Notes: generated by a model from the letters alone, not told the origin. A stretch of DNA of 64,000 bases from an uncultured candidatus Porisulfidus sp. (GCA_965199755.1 CBDASZ010000001.1:608001-672000), one strand, 5' to 3'. Counted from the first letter of the stretch, positions 53,692 through 64,000 are shown. Numbers and translations: made by a program.

Positions 53692-54078
53692 ATGGCCACG
53701 CCGAAAAAAAAGAAGCCGGTTGCAAAAAAACCGGCCGCTGCAAAAACAAGCAGCAAGGCGGCTGAAGCGAAGCCCGCTGACAGCAGTCTGCGGCTGCGCC
53801 TCAAGGCGTTTGATCACCGTCTGGTGGATCAATCTGCGCGCGAGATCGTAGAGACCGCACGGCGTACCGGCGCACAAGTGCACGGACCGATTCCGTTGCC
53901 GACGCGCAAGGAGTTGTACACCGTGCTGATTTCTCCGCACGTCGACAAGGACGCGCGGGACCAGTACGAAATTCGCACGCACAAGCGGATCATTGATATC
54001 GTCAACCCATCCGAGAAAACGGTGGACGCGCTGATGAAGCTGGACTTGCCAGCCGGCATTAGCGTACAGCTGAAGTGA
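53692..54078 (+). CDS. rpsJ: 30S ribosomal protein S10 with Lys/Ala-rich N-terminal extension
   Basis: [28 protein letters not shown]; only ATG is at 53692. Confidence 0.97.
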   Translation: MATPKKKKPVAKKPAAAKTSSKAAEAKPADSSLRLRLKAFDHRLVDQSAREIVETARRTGAQVHGPIPLPTRKELYTVLISPHVDKDARDQYEIRTHKRIIDIVNPSEKTVDALMKLDLPAGISVQLK

Positions 54079-54088
54079 GGAACGGATC

Positions 54089-54709
54089 ATGGCACTGGGC
54101 ATCGTAGGCACCAAGCTTGGCATGACGCGGCTGTTTCGTGATAGCGGCGAGTCCGTCTCGGTGTCGATTGTGGCGGTGGACGACAACCGGATCGTGCGCG
54201 TCAAGACACCGGACTCCGACGGTTATTCCGCGGTGCAGGTGGCCTATGGTTCGCGCAAGGCCAAATCGATGCACCGGGCGCAGGCGTGCGAGTTGCAAAA
54301 AGCCGATATCAGCAATGCGCGCGGCCTGCAGGAATTTCGTCTGAAAGAAGGCGAGGAAGCGCCGGAGACAATCGGCGTCGACTTGTTTGAAGTCGGACAG
54401 AAAGTCAATGTCAGCGGCACCTCGATCGGTAAGGGCTTCGCTGGCACTATCAAGCGTCATAACTTCCGCGGACAAGATCGCTCGCACGGCAATTCCTTGT
54501 CGCACCGGGTGATGGGAGCGACCGGCCAGTGTCAGTTCCCGGGCCGGGTGTTTAAGGGCAAGAAGATGCCGGGGCGCATGGGAGGCGTGCGGGTGACGCA
54601 ACGCAATCTGGAAATTGTTCAAGTCGACGGCGAGCAGCAGTTGCTGTGGATTCGCGGTTGTATTCCTGGCTCGCGCGGCGGGCGCGTAATCGTCAAGCAG
54701 GTACCATGA
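54089..54709 (+). CDS. rplC: 50S ribosomal protein L3
   Basis: GTKLGMT, DGYSAVQ, GKGFAG, HGNSLSHR, GKKMPG. Confidence 0.98.
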   Translation: MALGIVGTKLGMTRLFRDSGESVSVSIVAVDDNRIVRVKTPDSDGYSAVQVAYGSRKAKSMHRAQACELQKADISNARGLQEFRLKEGEEAPETIGVDLFEVGQKVNVSGTSIGKGFAGTIKRHNFRGQDRSHGNSLSHRVMGATGQCQFPGRVFKGKKMPGRMGGVRVTQRNLEIVQVDGEQQLLWIRGCIPGSRGGRVIVKQVP

Positions 54710-55323
54710 TGGAAATCAAGACACGCGATACTGCGGCGGCCGTCACACTGGCGGATGCCTGCTTTGGCGTCCCGTTTCACCAAGCGCTGGTGCATCAGGC
54801 GGTGACCAGCCATGCGCAGCGCGGCCGTGCCGGCAGCGCGTCGCAGAAAACCCGCGCGGAAGTTCGTGGCGGTGGCGCCAAGCCCTGGCGGCAGAAAGGC
54901 ACCGGGCGGGCTCGCGCCGGCTCGATTCGCTCGCCGATCTGGCGGGGCGGGGGTGCTGCACATCCGGCGGGCGGACAAAACTTCAAAGGTAAACTCAACA
55001 AGAAGATGTATCGCCATGCGATGCGTTCGATTGTATCGGAACTGCTGCGCCTGGAACGGCTGCATGTGGTGGAATCCTTCGCGATCTCCGAGCCGAAGAC
55101 CAAACTGGCGCAAGCCGAACTGGCGCGCCTTGAACTATCGAATGTGCTAGTTCTAGTGGATGAACTGGAGCCGAACACTGCGCTGGCGATGCGCAATATG
55201 ACCCAATGCGAACTACGCGAAGCGAGCCGGGTTGATCCGATCTCACTGCTGCGCTATGAGCATGTGGTGTTGACGCGCGCGGCACTGACCGTGCTGGAAC
55301 AACGCCTCGGAATCGAATCATGA
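54706..55323 (+). CDS. rplD: 50S ribosomal protein L4
   Basis: KPWRQKGTGRARAGS, SPIWRGGG. Confidence 0.98.
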   Translation: MMEIKTRDTAAAVTLADACFGVPFHQALVHQAVTSHAQRGRAGSASQKTRAEVRGGGAKPWRQKGTGRARAGSIRSPIWRGGGAAHPAGGQNFKGKLNKKMYRHAMRSIVSELLRLERLHVVESFAISEPKTKLAQAELARLELSNVLVLVDELEPNTALAMRNMTQCELREASRVDPISLLRYEHVVLTRAALTVLEQRLGIES

Positions 55324-55802
55324 GCATAAAGAGCAGGATCGGCAATCTCTTCGGTCGCAAGAAAGCGGCACCGGAGCAGCCTGAGCGTGCCGTAGAGGAA
55401 GCGCCGGCCGCTGCCGTTGCCGAGCAGCAACCCAAGGAGCCGGAAGCGCGCGCGGTCCCCGCGGCGTCGAAACCGAAGAAACGCAAGAAGCGCGCCGTCG
55501 TCGATCGACCGGCATGCAGCACGCAGCGCGTGAATTACATTTTGCGCCGCGCGCATGTGTCGGAGAAGACTGTGGATCTGGCGAACAAGATGAGACAGCA
55601 TACCTTTGAGGTTGCGCCGGACGCGACGCGCGAGGAAGTCAAGGTGGCGGCCGAGCAGTTGATGGGCGTGAAGGTGAGCGAGGTACGCATCAGCAATGTG
55701 CATGGCAAGCGCAAGCGCAATGGCACCCGATCTTCCTGGCGCAAGGCATTGATCATGCTTGAGCCCGGACAGGATCTCGACATGATGGAGGCGGGATCAT
55801 GA
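55320..55802 (+). CDS. rplW: 50S ribosomal protein L23 with long N-terminal extension
   Basis: Core [22 protein letters not shown]; ATGA coupling to the rplD stop. Confidence 0.95.
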   Translation: MSIKSRIGNLFGRKKAAPEQPERAVEEAPAAAVAEQQPKEPEARAVPAASKPKKRKKRAVVDRPACSTQRVNYILRRAHVSEKTVDLANKMRQHTFEVAPDATREEVKVAAEQLMGVKVSEVRISNVHGKRKRNGTRSSWRKALIMLEPGQDLDMMEAGS

Positions 55803-56629
55803 CTGTCGTGAAGGCTCGCCCGACGTCGCCCGGACGGCGTTTTCGCACCAGCGTGCATACCCCGGACCTGCACCGCGGCGGTCCATATCGGCCGCTGACC
55901 GAAGGGCAGGCGCAGACCGGCGGGCGCAACAACCAAGGCCGCATCACCATGCGTCATCGCGGCGGCGGCCACAAGCAGCGCTATCGACGCATCGATTTCC
56001 AGCGCAGCAAGAACGACATTCCGGCGAAGGTGGAGCGTCTGGAATACGACCCGAACCGCAGCGCGCACATTGCTTTGCTGCTGTATGCGGACGGGGAGCG
56101 GCGCTACATCATTGCGCCAGAAGGTTTGAAAGCCGGCATGACCGTGCAGTCTGGAGAGAATGTGCCGATCAGCATCGGCAATTGCCTGCCACTGCAGAAT
56201 ATGCCCGTCGGCATCGTGGTGCATGCCGTGGAGTTGCACCCCGGCGGCGGCGCACGGCTGGCGCGCAGCGCTGGCACCTACGCGCAGGTACTGGCCCGCG
56301 AGGGCACCTACGCCACGTTGCGACTGCGTTCTGGAGAAGTTCGCAAGGTGCTCGCGGCCTGTCGCGCGACGGTAGGCGAGGTCGGCAATGCCGAGCACTC
56401 GCTGATCAAACTTGGCAAGGCCGGAGCGAAGCGCTGGCGCGGCGTCCGCCCGACGGTACGCGGCGTCGCCATGAACCCGGTCGACCACCCGCACGGCGGC
56501 GGCGAAGGCAAGACTTCCGGTGGGCGACATCCGGTGACGCCCTGGGGCGTGCCGACCAAAGGACATAAAACCCGGCGCACCAAGCGCACCGATCATCTGA
56601 TTGTGCGCCGTCGCCGCAAGAAACGTTAA
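55799..56629 (+). CDS. rplB: 50S ribosomal protein L2
   Basis: [30 protein letters not shown]. Confidence 0.99.
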   Translation: MTVVKARPTSPGRRFRTSVHTPDLHRGGPYRPLTEGQAQTGGRNNQGRITMRHRGGGHKQRYRRIDFQRSKNDIPAKVERLEYDPNRSAHIALLLYADGERRYIIAPEGLKAGMTVQSGENVPISIGNCLPLQNMPVGIVVHAVELHPGGGARLARSAGTYAQVLAREGTYATLRLRSGEVRKVLAACRATVGEVGNAEHSLIKLGKAGAKRWRGVRPTVRGVAMNPVDHPHGGGEGKTSGGRHPVTPWGVPTKGHKTRRTKRTDHLIVRRRRKKR

Positions 56630-56635
56630 ACGATC

Positions 56636-56908
56636 ATGCCACGTTCCCTGAAGAAAGGCCCCTTTGTTGACCATCATTTGATGGCCAAGGTTGAAGCGGC
56701 GGTCGAGAACAACGACCGGCGACAGATCAAGACCTGGTCGCGTCGCTCCATGATTATCCCGGAGATGGTCGGACTGACCATCGCGGTGCACGATGGGCGT
56801 CGCCATGTTCCGGTGTTGGTCAACGAGAACATGGTCGGCCACAAACTCGGTGAATTTGCATTGACGCGCACGTTCCGGCAACACGCGGGCGACCGCAAGG
56901 CGAAGTAA
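56636..56908 (+). CDS. rpsS: 30S ribosomal protein S19
   Basis: [23 protein letters not shown]. Confidence 0.99.
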   Translation: MPRSLKKGPFVDHHLMAKVEAAVENNDRRQIKTWSRRSMIIPEMVGLTIAVHDGRRHVPVLVNENMVGHKLGEFALTRTFRQHAGDRKAK

Positions 56909-57258
56909 TGGAAGCCCGTTGCGTAGCGCGTTATCTGCGTATCAGCCCACGCAAGTGCCGGCTGACCGCTAACCAGATCCGCAAACTGCCAGTCGGCGAA
57001 GCCTTGACGGTGTTGCGGTTCTCGCAGCACAAGGCGGCCGCGTTGCTTAGCAAGGTGGTGGAGTCGGCGTTGTCGAACGCGGAGCACAACCAGGGCGCGG
57101 ATATTGACCTATTGCGAGTGGATGAAATCATGGTGGATGAAGGCCCGGTGTTCAAGCGTTTTCGCCCGCGTGCTCGCGGGCGTATTGGCCGCATCCGCAA
57201 ACGCACCAGTCACGTGACCGTGGTGCTGCGCGACAGTAACGCGCAGGGTGCCAGTTAA
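56908..57258 (+). CDS. rplV: 50S ribosomal protein L22
   Basis: [25 protein letters not shown]. Confidence 0.98.
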   Translation: MEARCVARYLRISPRKCRLTANQIRKLPVGEALTVLRFSQHKAAALLSKVVESALSNAEHNQGADIDLLRVDEIMVDEGPVFKRFRPRARGRIGRIRKRTSHVTVVLRDSNAQGAS

Positions 57259-57273
57259 TTCTAAGGAGCGATC

Positions 57274-57936
57274 ATGGGACAGAAAGTCAACCCGATTGGA
57301 TTCAGGCTCGGTATCATCACCGACTGGAACTCGCATTGGTATGCCGAGCGCGGCGAGTATCGGGATCAGCTGAACAACGATTTGCAGGTGCGGGATTTTC
57401 TGCAGCGCAAGTTGTCGCAGGCTTCGGTCAGCCAGATTCGCATTGAGCGGCGTAATGACACCGCCGAGATCACCATTCACACGGCGCGACCTGGTATCGT
57501 GATCGGCAAAAAAGGCGGCGACATTGAGGTGTTGCGCCGGGAAGTCGCGAAGATGATGAACCTGGGTCTGGGCATGGTGAAAGTGAACATCGAGGAGATT
57601 CACAACCCGGAAGTGGACGCGCAGCTGGTGGCCGAGAGTGTGGCGCAGCAACTGGAAGGGCGCGTCATGTATCGCCGCGCCATGAAGCGCGCCTTGCAAA
57701 ATGCCATGCGCCTTGGCGTGCAGGGCATCAAGCTGAACGTCGCCGGGCGTCTCAATGGAGCCGAGATTGCGCGCAGCGAATGGGCGCGTGAAGGTCGGGT
57801 GCCGCTACATGTATTGCGTGCGGACATTGACTATGGCTTTGCCGAAGCGCGTACCACGTACGGCGTGATTGGCGTCAAGGCATGGATCTTCAACGGCGAG
57901 ATTGGTGGGCCGGAAGGCGCGCTGAGCAAGAAGTAA
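57274..57936 (+). CDS. rpsC: 30S ribosomal protein S3
   Basis: [33 protein letters not shown]. Confidence 0.99.
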   Translation: MGQKVNPIGFRLGIITDWNSHWYAERGEYRDQLNNDLQVRDFLQRKLSQASVSQIRIERRNDTAEITIHTARPGIVIGKKGGDIEVLRREVAKMMNLGLGMVKVNIEEIHNPEVDAQLVAESVAQQLEGRVMYRRAMKRALQNAMRLGVQGIKLNVAGRLNGAEIARSEWAREGRVPLHVLRADIDYGFAEARTTYGVIGVKAWIFNGEIGGPEGALSKK

Positions 57937-57948
57937 CGGAGACGGATC

Positions 57949-58362
57949 ATGCTGCAGCCCAAACGAACCCGCTATCGCAAACAGCAGAAAGGCCGCAACC
58001 GCGGTCTGTCGCAGCGCGGCAACAAGGTCAGCTTCGGCGAATTTGGCCTGAAAGCGACCACCAGCGGTCGTCTGACCTCGCGTCAGATTGAAGCCGGTCG
58101 CCGCGCCATCACGCGCCACATTCGGCGCGGCGGCAAGATCTGGATTCGCGTCTTTCCGGATGTGCCAGTGACGCAGAAACCGCTGGAATCCCGTCAAGGC
58201 AAGGGCAAGGGCAATGTCGAGTACTGGGTGGCGAAGATCCAGCCCGGTCGCATGCTGTACGAAATGGAAGGCGTGACCGAAGAGGTGGCCCGTGGCGCGT
58301 TTCGCCGCGCCGCAGCCAAACTGCCAGTGCAGACCACTTTCACACGCAGGACTCTGGGCTGA
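57949..58362 (+). CDS. rplP: 50S ribosomal protein L16
   Basis: [26 protein letters not shown]. Confidence 0.99.
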   Translation: MLQPKRTRYRKQQKGRNRGLSQRGNKVSFGEFGLKATTSGRLTSRQIEAGRRAITRHIRRGGKIWIRVFPDVPVTQKPLESRQGKGKGNVEYWVAKIQPGRMLYEMEGVTEEVARGAFRRAAAKLPVQTTFTRRTLG

Positions 58363-58583
58363 TGAGTATCAAGACGCAAAAGCACCTCGAAGGTCTGCGA
58401 GCCATGGACGCGGAGCAGTTACGCGAGGAATTGGCGCGCCTGCAACGCGAACAGTTTGAGAACCGCATGCAATTGCGCAGCGGACAGACAGCGCGCCATC
58501 ATGTGCTGAAGATCGGACGTCGGGAGATTGCCCGCATCAAGACACTGTTGGCGCAGCGCGCCAGCGCCGAGGCGGCATCATGA
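58362..58583 (+). CDS. rpmC: 50S ribosomal protein L29
   Basis: [17 protein letters not shown]; position in operon. Confidence 0.95.
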   Translation: MSIKTQKHLEGLRAMDAEQLREELARLQREQFENRMQLRSGQTARHHVLKIGRREIARIKTLLAQRASAEAAS

Positions 58584-59068
58584 CTGAGAAGACCCGCTCC
58601 GTGATTGGTCTTGTGGTCAGCGACCGCATGGACAAGACCGCTGCCGTATTGGTGACGCGCCAGTTGCGTCATCCTTTGTATGGCAAATACATCCGGCGCT
58701 CAACCAAAGTGCTGGCGCATGACGCCGAGAACATCGCGAAGATCGGCGATCAGGTGCGCATTCGCGAATGCCCGCCGCATTCGAAGCGCAAGGCTTGGGA
58801 ATTGCTGGAAGTGCTGGGTTCGGAGATCATGCCGGACGAGATGCTGACTGAAGAGGTCACGCCTGATTCGGTCATGCCCGAAGCGGCCGCGCCGGCAGAG
58901 CCAGAGCCGGAAGAGGCAGCAACAGAACAAGCCGCTGTCGAAGAAACGGCCACTGAGGACGCAGCACCTGAGGAAGTGTCTGCGGAATCCGAAGAGACGC
59001 CGGCCGCCGAAGAAGCGCCCGCGGAGACTCCTGAAAAGGAGCCGGCCACCGAGGGGAAAGACTCATGA
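58580..59068 (+). CDS. rpsQ: 30S ribosomal protein S17 with long acidic C-terminal tail
   Basis: [25 protein letters not shown]; core ends near residue 79 of 162. Confidence 0.97.
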   Translation: MTEKTRSVIGLVVSDRMDKTAAVLVTRQLRHPLYGKYIRRSTKVLAHDAENIAKIGDQVRIRECPPHSKRKAWELLEVLGSEIMPDEMLTEEVTPDSVMPEAAAPAEPEPEEAATEQAAVEETATEDAAPEEVSAESEETPAAEEAPAETPEKEPATEGKDS

Positions 59069-59433
59069 TTCAGACCGAGACCATGCTGGACGCGGCTGAC
59101 AACAGCGGCGCGCGCCGGATACAGTGCATCAAGGTGCTGGGTGGCTCGCGGCGTCGCTATGCGCGCATCGGTGATGTGATCAAGGTCAGCGTCAAGGACG
59201 CCATTCCGCGCGGCAAGGTGCGCAAGGGCGAAGTGCTGAACGCAGTAGTGGTGCGTACCGCCCACGGCGTGCGCCGACGCGACGGTTCGCTGATTCGCTT
59301 TGATCACAACGCGGCAGTGCTACTGAACAATCAGTTGCAGCCGATTGGCACGCGAATTTTTGGCCCGGTGACGCGCGAATTGCGCGGCGCGCGGTTTATG
59401 AAGATCATCTCACTGGCACCGGAAGTGCTGTGA
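59065..59433 (+). CDS. rplN: 50S ribosomal protein L14
   Basis: [21 protein letters not shown]. Confidence 0.99.
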   Translation: MIQTETMLDAADNSGARRIQCIKVLGGSRRRYARIGDVIKVSVKDAIPRGKVRKGEVLNAVVVRTAHGVRRRDGSLIRFDHNAAVLLNNQLQPIGTRIFGPVTRELRGARFMKIISLAPEVL

Positions 59434-59440
59434 GGGCATC

Positions 59441-59773
59441 ATGCAAAGAATTCGCAAAGGAGACGACGTCGTGATTATCGCCGGCAAGGAACGAGGCCGG
59501 CGCGGCACGGTGCTGCGCGTCCTGCGCAACGGCAAGATCGTGGTCGAAGGGCTGAATCTGGTCAAGCGCCACACCAAGCCGCAGCCGCAACTCGGCCAGC
59601 AGGGCGGCATCGTCGAGAAGGAAATGCCGCTGGATGCGTCCAATGTGCAGTTATTCAACCCGGTGACCAACCGTCCGGACCGCGTAGGTTTCAAGATGCT
59701 CCGTGATGGCGATGGCGAGCGCAAGGTGCGCTATTTCAAGTCCAACGACGAAGTTGTGGACATCATCAAGTGA
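59441..59773 (+). CDS. rplX: 50S ribosomal protein L24
   Basis: [23 protein letters not shown]. Confidence 0.98.
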   Translation: MQRIRKGDDVVIIAGKERGRRGTVLRVLRNGKIVVEGLNLVKRHTKPQPQLGQQGGIVEKEMPLDASNVQLFNPVTNRPDRVGFKMLRDGDGERKVRYFKSNDEVVDIIK

Positions 59774-59780
59774 GGCGATC

Positions 59781-60320
59781 ATGGCACGGCTGCAAGACAT
59801 GTACCTGAACGAGATTCGCCCGGCACTGCAGCAGGAGCTGGGGCTGAGCACGCCGATGGCGGTGCCGCGCCTGGAGAAGATCACGCTCAACATGGGTCTG
59901 GGCGCGCGGGCGCGCGACAAGAAGATTCTGGAGAATGCGCGCGATGATCTCGGCCGCATCACCAGTCAGACTCCGGTGGTGACGCGGGCGCGCAAGTCGG
60001 TTGCCGGCTTCGCCATTCGCGAAGGCTGGCCGGTGGGCGTGCGGGTGACGCTGCGCCGCGAGCGGATGTATGAGTTTCTGGACCGCCTGATCAACATCGC
60101 GCTTCCGCGCATGCGCGACTTTCGCGGCCTGTCGCTGCGCTCATTCGACGGCCGCGGCAATTACAGCCTCGGCATGCAGGAGCAGATCGTGTTCCCCGAG
60201 ATTGATTACGACAACATCGACCAGATGCGCGGGCTGGACATCACTCTGACAACCAATGCACGCAATAACGCTGAAGCGGAAGCCTTGCTGCGCGCGTTTA
60301 ATTTTCCTCTGCGGAGTTAA
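59781..60320 (+). CDS. rplE: 50S ribosomal protein L5
   Basis: [28 protein letters not shown]. Confidence 0.98.
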   Translation: MARLQDMYLNEIRPALQQELGLSTPMAVPRLEKITLNMGLGARARDKKILENARDDLGRITSQTPVVTRARKSVAGFAIREGWPVGVRVTLRRERMYEFLDRLINIALPRMRDFRGLSLRSFDGRGNYSLGMQEQIVFPEIDYDNIDQMRGLDITLTTNARNNAEAEALLRAFNFPLRS

Positions 60321-60323
60321 GAC

Positions 60324-60629
60324 ATGGCGAAGACCAGCATGATTCAACGAGACCTCAAGCGCGCCCGGTTGGTGCGCCGCTACGCGCAGCGCCGCGCGGA
60401 TGCGAAGGCCATCATTCACGATCCGAACAGCAGTTTTGATCAGCGTATGGCCGCGCAGATCGTACTGCAGAAATTGCCGCGGGATTCCTCGCCGTGCCGG
60501 CAGCGCAACCGCTGCGCCATCACCGGACGTCCGCGCGGCTATTACCGCCGTTTCGGACTGGGCCGCAACAAACTGCGCGAAGCCGCCATGCGCGGGGACG
60601 TGCCGGGGCTGACCAAAGCCAGCTGGTAA
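60324..60629 (+). CDS. rpsN: 30S ribosomal protein S14 (long form)
   Basis: [27 protein letters not shown]. Confidence 0.98.
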   Translation: MAKTSMIQRDLKRARLVRRYAQRRADAKAIIHDPNSSFDQRMAAQIVLQKLPRDSSPCRQRNRCAITGRPRGYYRRFGLGRNKLREAAMRGDVPGLTKASW

Positions 60630-60640
60630 GGAGCATCGAG

Positions 60641-61036
60641 ATGAGTATGCAAGACCCGATCGCTGATATGCTGACCCGCATCCGTAACGGCCAGATGGTG
60701 CGGCATGAGGCTGTGGAGATGGCGCATTCGAAGCATCGCGAGGCAGTCGCGCGCGTGCTCGTGCAGGAAGGTTATGTGGAAGGCTGCGAGGTGGTGGACG
60801 GCACCCCCTGCAACAGCTTGCGCATCACGCTCAAATACGTCGACGAGGAGCCGGTCATTATCCGCTTGCGCCGCGTCAGCCGCCCAGGCCTGCGTATTTA
60901 CAAGAAAGTCGGCGATTTGCCCTGGGTTCGCGGTGGTCTGGGGACTGCGATCGTATCCACGTCACATGGCGTGATGGCGGATCACGAAGCGCGCAAGAAC
61001 GGTTACGGCGGCGAGATTATCTGCACGGTGGAGTAA
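60641..61036 (+). CDS. rpsH: 30S ribosomal protein S8
   Basis: DPIADMLTRIRN, SRPGLRIY, GGEIIC. Confidence 0.98.
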   Translation: MSMQDPIADMLTRIRNGQMVRHEAVEMAHSKHREAVARVLVQEGYVEGCEVVDGTPCNSLRITLKYVDEEPVIIRLRRVSRPGLRIYKKVGDLPWVRGGLGTAIVSTSHGVMADHEARKNGYGGEIICTVE

Positions 61037-61041
61037 GCCTG

Positions 61042-61566
61042 ATGTCACGCATTGCCAAACGCCCCATCACCTTGCCGGACGCCGTCGAATTGTCGATGCA
61101 GGACGCGCAGGTCACGCTCAAGGGACCGAAAGGGGAAGTAAGTTTTGAGATGCAAGCGCCGATTACCGCGCGTGAAGAAGAGCGCAAGGTGTATATCGAT
61201 GCGCCTGAGGATGCCATGGCGCTGGCCGGCACCATGAACGCGCTGCTGTACAACCACGTGCAGGGCGTCAACGAAGGCTACTCGAAGACGCTGAATTTGA
61301 TTGGCGTCGGTTATCGAGCGCAAATGCGCGGCCGCAATCTGAATCTGAATCTGGGCTTTTCGCACCCGATCAATTACGAACCGCCGCAAGGCATCACGCT
61401 GCAGACGCCGAGCCAGACAGAGATTGTGGTGTCCGGCGTAGACAAGCAGCAGGTCGGCCAGGTGGCCGCCGAGATTCGGGCATATCGCCCGCCGGAGCCG
61501 TACAAGGGCAAGGGCGTGCGCTATCGAGACGAGCAAGTGGTGCGTAAGGAGGCGAAGAAGAAATGA
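61042..61566 (+). CDS. rplF: 50S ribosomal protein L6
   Basis: [25 protein letters not shown]. Confidence 0.98.
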   Translation: MSRIAKRPITLPDAVELSMQDAQVTLKGPKGEVSFEMQAPITAREEERKVYIDAPEDAMALAGTMNALLYNHVQGVNEGYSKTLNLIGVGYRAQMRGRNLNLNLGFSHPINYEPPQGITLQTPSQTEIVVSGVDKQQVGQVAAEIRAYRPPEPYKGKGVRYRDEQVVRKEAKKK

Positions 61567-61916
61567 GCGATCAACAGGCGGCGCGCCGACGCAGAACACG
61601 GCGCGTACGAACGCGGCTGACCGACAATACGCGGCACCGCTTGACCGTGCATCGCACGTTGCGGCATATCTATGCCCAGGTGCTCAGCCCGGATGGTGCG
61701 ACAGTGGTCGTGCAAGCCTCCACCCTGACCCCGGAGCTGCGTCAGGACAAGGCGGCCGGGAATTGCGCGGCGGCGCGCGACGTGGGACGATTGATCGCGG
61801 AACGTGCGAAGGCCGCGAAAGTGGAAGAGGTCTGGTTTGATCGGGGACGTTTTCGTTATCACGGTCGGGTGCGGGCTTTAAGTGAAGCGGCGCGTGAAGC
61901 GGGCCTGAAATTCTGA
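61563..61916 (+). CDS. rplR: 50S ribosomal protein L18
   Basis: [30 protein letters not shown]. Confidence 0.98.
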   Translation: MSDQQAARRRRTRRVRTRLTDNTRHRLTVHRTLRHIYAQVLSPDGATVVVQASTLTPELRQDKAAGNCAAARDVGRLIAERAKAAKVEEVWFDRGRFRYHGRVRALSEAAREAGLKF

Positions 61917-61926
61917 GGAACATCTG

Positions 61927-62457
61927 ATGGCAACGAATCTGGAAGTGATACAGGGCAGCGAAGAGTTGGTCGAGAAGATGGTGGTCGTCAACCGTGTGGC
62001 CAAGGTGGTCAAGGGTGGGCGTCAATTCGGCTTCACCGCGCTGACTGTAGTCGGCGACCGTAATGGGCGCGTCGGGCTGGGCTATGGCAAGGCACGCGAA
62101 GTGTCGACCGCGATCCAGAAAAGTCTGGAGCGCGCACGCCGTTCAATGATTACTGTACCGCTACGCAATGGCACGCTGTACTACCCGGTGGTCGGCCGTC
62201 ATGGCGCGGCGCGGGTATACATGCAGCCGGCGGCCGAGGGAACCGGCATTATCGCCGGTGGCCCGATGCGCGCGGTGTTCGAAGTGCTAGGAGTGAACAA
62301 CGTGCTGGCAAAATGTATTGGCACGCGCAATCAGCTGAACGCCATTCGCGCCACATTGCAGGGCTTGCAGTCAGTGCAGTCACCGGAAGAGGTGGCGCGC
62401 AAGCTCGGACGGTCAGTCAAAGAGATTAAGGAGCGCATGCAATGGCGGGAAAACTGA
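61927..62457 (+). CDS. rpsE: 30S ribosomal protein S5
   Basis: [27 protein letters not shown]. Confidence 0.99.
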   Translation: MATNLEVIQGSEELVEKMVVVNRVAKVVKGGRQFGFTALTVVGDRNGRVGLGYGKAREVSTAIQKSLERARRSMITVPLRNGTLYYPVVGRHGAARVYMQPAAEGTGIIAGGPMRAVFEVLGVNNVLAKCIGTRNQLNAIRATLQGLQSVQSPEEVARKLGRSVKEIKERMQWREN

Positions 62458-62624
62458 AAGTGACGCTGGTGCGCAGCCTGATCGGGCGTCTGCCGTCGCA
62501 TCGCAAGTGCGCGCGCGGCTTGGGTCTGCGCCGCATGCACCAGACTGTGGAAGTTCAGGCCACGCCTGAGAATCTCGGCATGGTGCGCCGCATTGATTAC
62601 TTGCTGCAGATCGAGGAAGTCTGA
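62442..62624 (+). CDS. rpmD: 50S ribosomal protein L30
   Basis: [19 protein letters not shown]. Confidence 0.96.
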   Translation: MAGKLKVTLVRSLIGRLPSHRKCARGLGLRRMHQTVEVQATPENLGMVRRIDYLLQIEEV

Positions 62625-63058
62625 TGCGTCTCAACACACTGAGCCCGCCTCAAGGAGCACGCCCCGCGCGCAAGCGTGTCGGGCGCGGCACCGGCAGTGG
62701 TCATGGCAAGACCGCCGGGCGCGGGCACAAGGGACAGAAATCTCGCTCCGGGGGCTACCACAAGGTTGGCTTTGAGGGCGGACAGATGCCGTTGCAGCGG
62801 CGTCTGCCAAAGAGCGGATTCAGCTCCCGCGTCTCGCCGTGCGCGGAAGTCGGACTGGGTCGTCTGGGCAAGTTGCCGGCGGATCAGGAAGTGACGCTGG
62901 AAAACTTACGCGCAGTGAAACTGATTCGCGCTCACGCCACTCGCGCCAAGATTATTTTGCGTGGCGATTGTGCTCGCGCCTACGTGGTGTCGGGGGTTGC
63001 CGTGACGCGCGGCGCCCGCGCTGCCATTGAAGCGGCAGGCGGAGAAATTAAGGACTAA
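62624..63058 (+). CDS. rplO: 50S ribosomal protein L15
   Basis: [27 protein letters not shown]. Confidence 0.98.
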   Translation: MRLNTLSPPQGARPARKRVGRGTGSGHGKTAGRGHKGQKSRSGGYHKVGFEGGQMPLQRRLPKSGFSSRVSPCAEVGLGRLGKLPADQEVTLENLRAVKLIRAHATRAKIILRGDCARAYVVSGVAVTRGARAAIEAAGGEIKD

Positions 63059-63061
63059 GCC

Positions 63062-64000
63062 ATGGCACCGCCGAAGGCCTCACCCTACGCCGAACTGCGC
63101 GCCCGCGTGCTGTTCGTGATCGGTGCACTGGTGGTGTACCGCATCGGCACGTACGTGCCTGTGCCGGGCATCAACCCGGAGGCGCTGGTGCGCTTCTTTG
63201 AAGAGCAGGGCGGCACCATCATTGATCTGTTCAATATGTTTTCCGGTGGTGCGCTGGAGCGCTTGAGCATTCTTGCGCTCGGCATCATGCCGTACATCTC
63301 CGCGGCCATCATCATGCAGTTGATGACGGCGGTTATCCCAAGTCTCAAAGAGTTACGTAAGGAAGGCGAGCAGGGCCGACGGCAGATCACCCAGTACACG
63401 CGCTACGGCACATTGGGACTAGCGACCTTGCAGGCTGGCGGCATTTCGGTGGCATTGCAGAGTCAGGGTATCGCGCTGTACTCCGGCTACAGTTTCGCCT
63501 TCACCACTATTCTGACACTGGTGACTGGCACCATGTTTCTGATGTGGCTGGGTGAGCAGATCACCGAGCGCGGCATCGGCAATGGCATCTCCTTAATCAT
63601 CTTCACCAGCATTGTGGCCGGGCTGCCGACCGCAGTCGGCGGCACGCTGGAGTTGGCCAGCACTGGTGAATTGGCCTCGGCGCTGGTGGTATTTTTGTTC
63701 GCGCTGGTGATGGCGATCACCGCGTTTGTGGTGTTTATCGAGCGCGGCCAGCGGCGCATCATGGTGAATTACGCGCGCCAGCAACAGGGCCGCCGCGTTG
63801 CCATGCAATCCACGCATCTGCCGTTCAAGCTCAATATGGCCGGTGTGATTCCGCCGATCTTTGCCTCCAGCATTATTCTGTTTCCGGCGACCTTTGGCCG
63901 TTGGGCCGGCTCCACCGAAGGGATGGGCTGGCTACGTGATCTGTCCGCGACACTGGCACCTGGTCAGCCGCTGTATGTGCTGTTTTATGCGCTGGCGATC
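63062..64000 (+). CDS. secY: Preprotein translocase subunit SecY (truncated by window end)
   Basis: Manual translation: [72 protein letters not shown]. Confidence 0.97.
   Translation, partial: MAPPKASPYAELRARVLFVIGALVVYRIGTYVPVPGINPEALVRFFEEQGGTIIDLFNMFSGGALERLSILALGIMPYISAAIIMQLMTAVIPSLKELRKEGEQGRRQITQYTRYGTLGLATLQAGGISVALQSQGIALYSGYSFAFTTILTLVTGTMFLMWLGEQITERGIGNGISLIIFTSIVAGLPTAVGGTLELASTGELASALVVFLFALVMAITAFVVFIERGQRRIMVNYARQQQGRRVAMQSTHLPFKLNMAGVIPPIFASSIILFPATFGRWAGSTEGMGWLRDLSATLAPGQPLYVLFYALAI

Noticed and set aside
52470-56884. Long minus-strand ORFs (444 aa and 449 aa) over tuf and rplW-rplB-rpsS
   Set aside because: Antisense shadows of highly biased genes; no independent coding signal.

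Overview
Chromosomal window from a GC-rich bacterium. Gene content (lptE, lpoA, bamC, ubiG-gph, TtpC-type TonB2 operon, r-protein style) points to a Gammaproteobacterium; divergent housekeeping proteins, tight gene overlaps, broken synteny and gene relics suggest a long-branch, possibly host-associated marine lineage (inference only). Core genes: argD, leuS-lptE, tRNA-Arg(ACG), serS, pntAA-pntAB-pntB, ubiG-gph-rmuC, lpoA, rluD-pgeF-clpB, proS, perM-bcp, dapA-bamC, folE2 and a continuous str-S10-spc ribosomal super-operon running into secY. Accessory blocks: a collapsed adhesin/autotransporter relic beside the tRNA, a four-gene metal-handling cassette, a TonB-dependent receptor/TonB2 operon whose TPR gene is broken at a C7 tract, a decayed IS200/IS605 tnpB, an insertion between bcp and dapA (STAS + REC-PP2C-kinase fusion, ispH, squalene synthase, LolA-like protein) and a small defence island (m4C methylase + putative endonuclease, fused HEPN-MNT). 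Most striking signal: three ribosomal proteins carry long non-canonical low-complexity extensions (uL23 about +64 aa N-terminal with an amphipathic tip and a KPKKRKKR patch, plus a shortened tunnel loop; uS17 about +83 aa acidic tail; uS10 about +27 aa Lys/Ala-rich head). All family assignments come from motif recognition by eye, not database searches.
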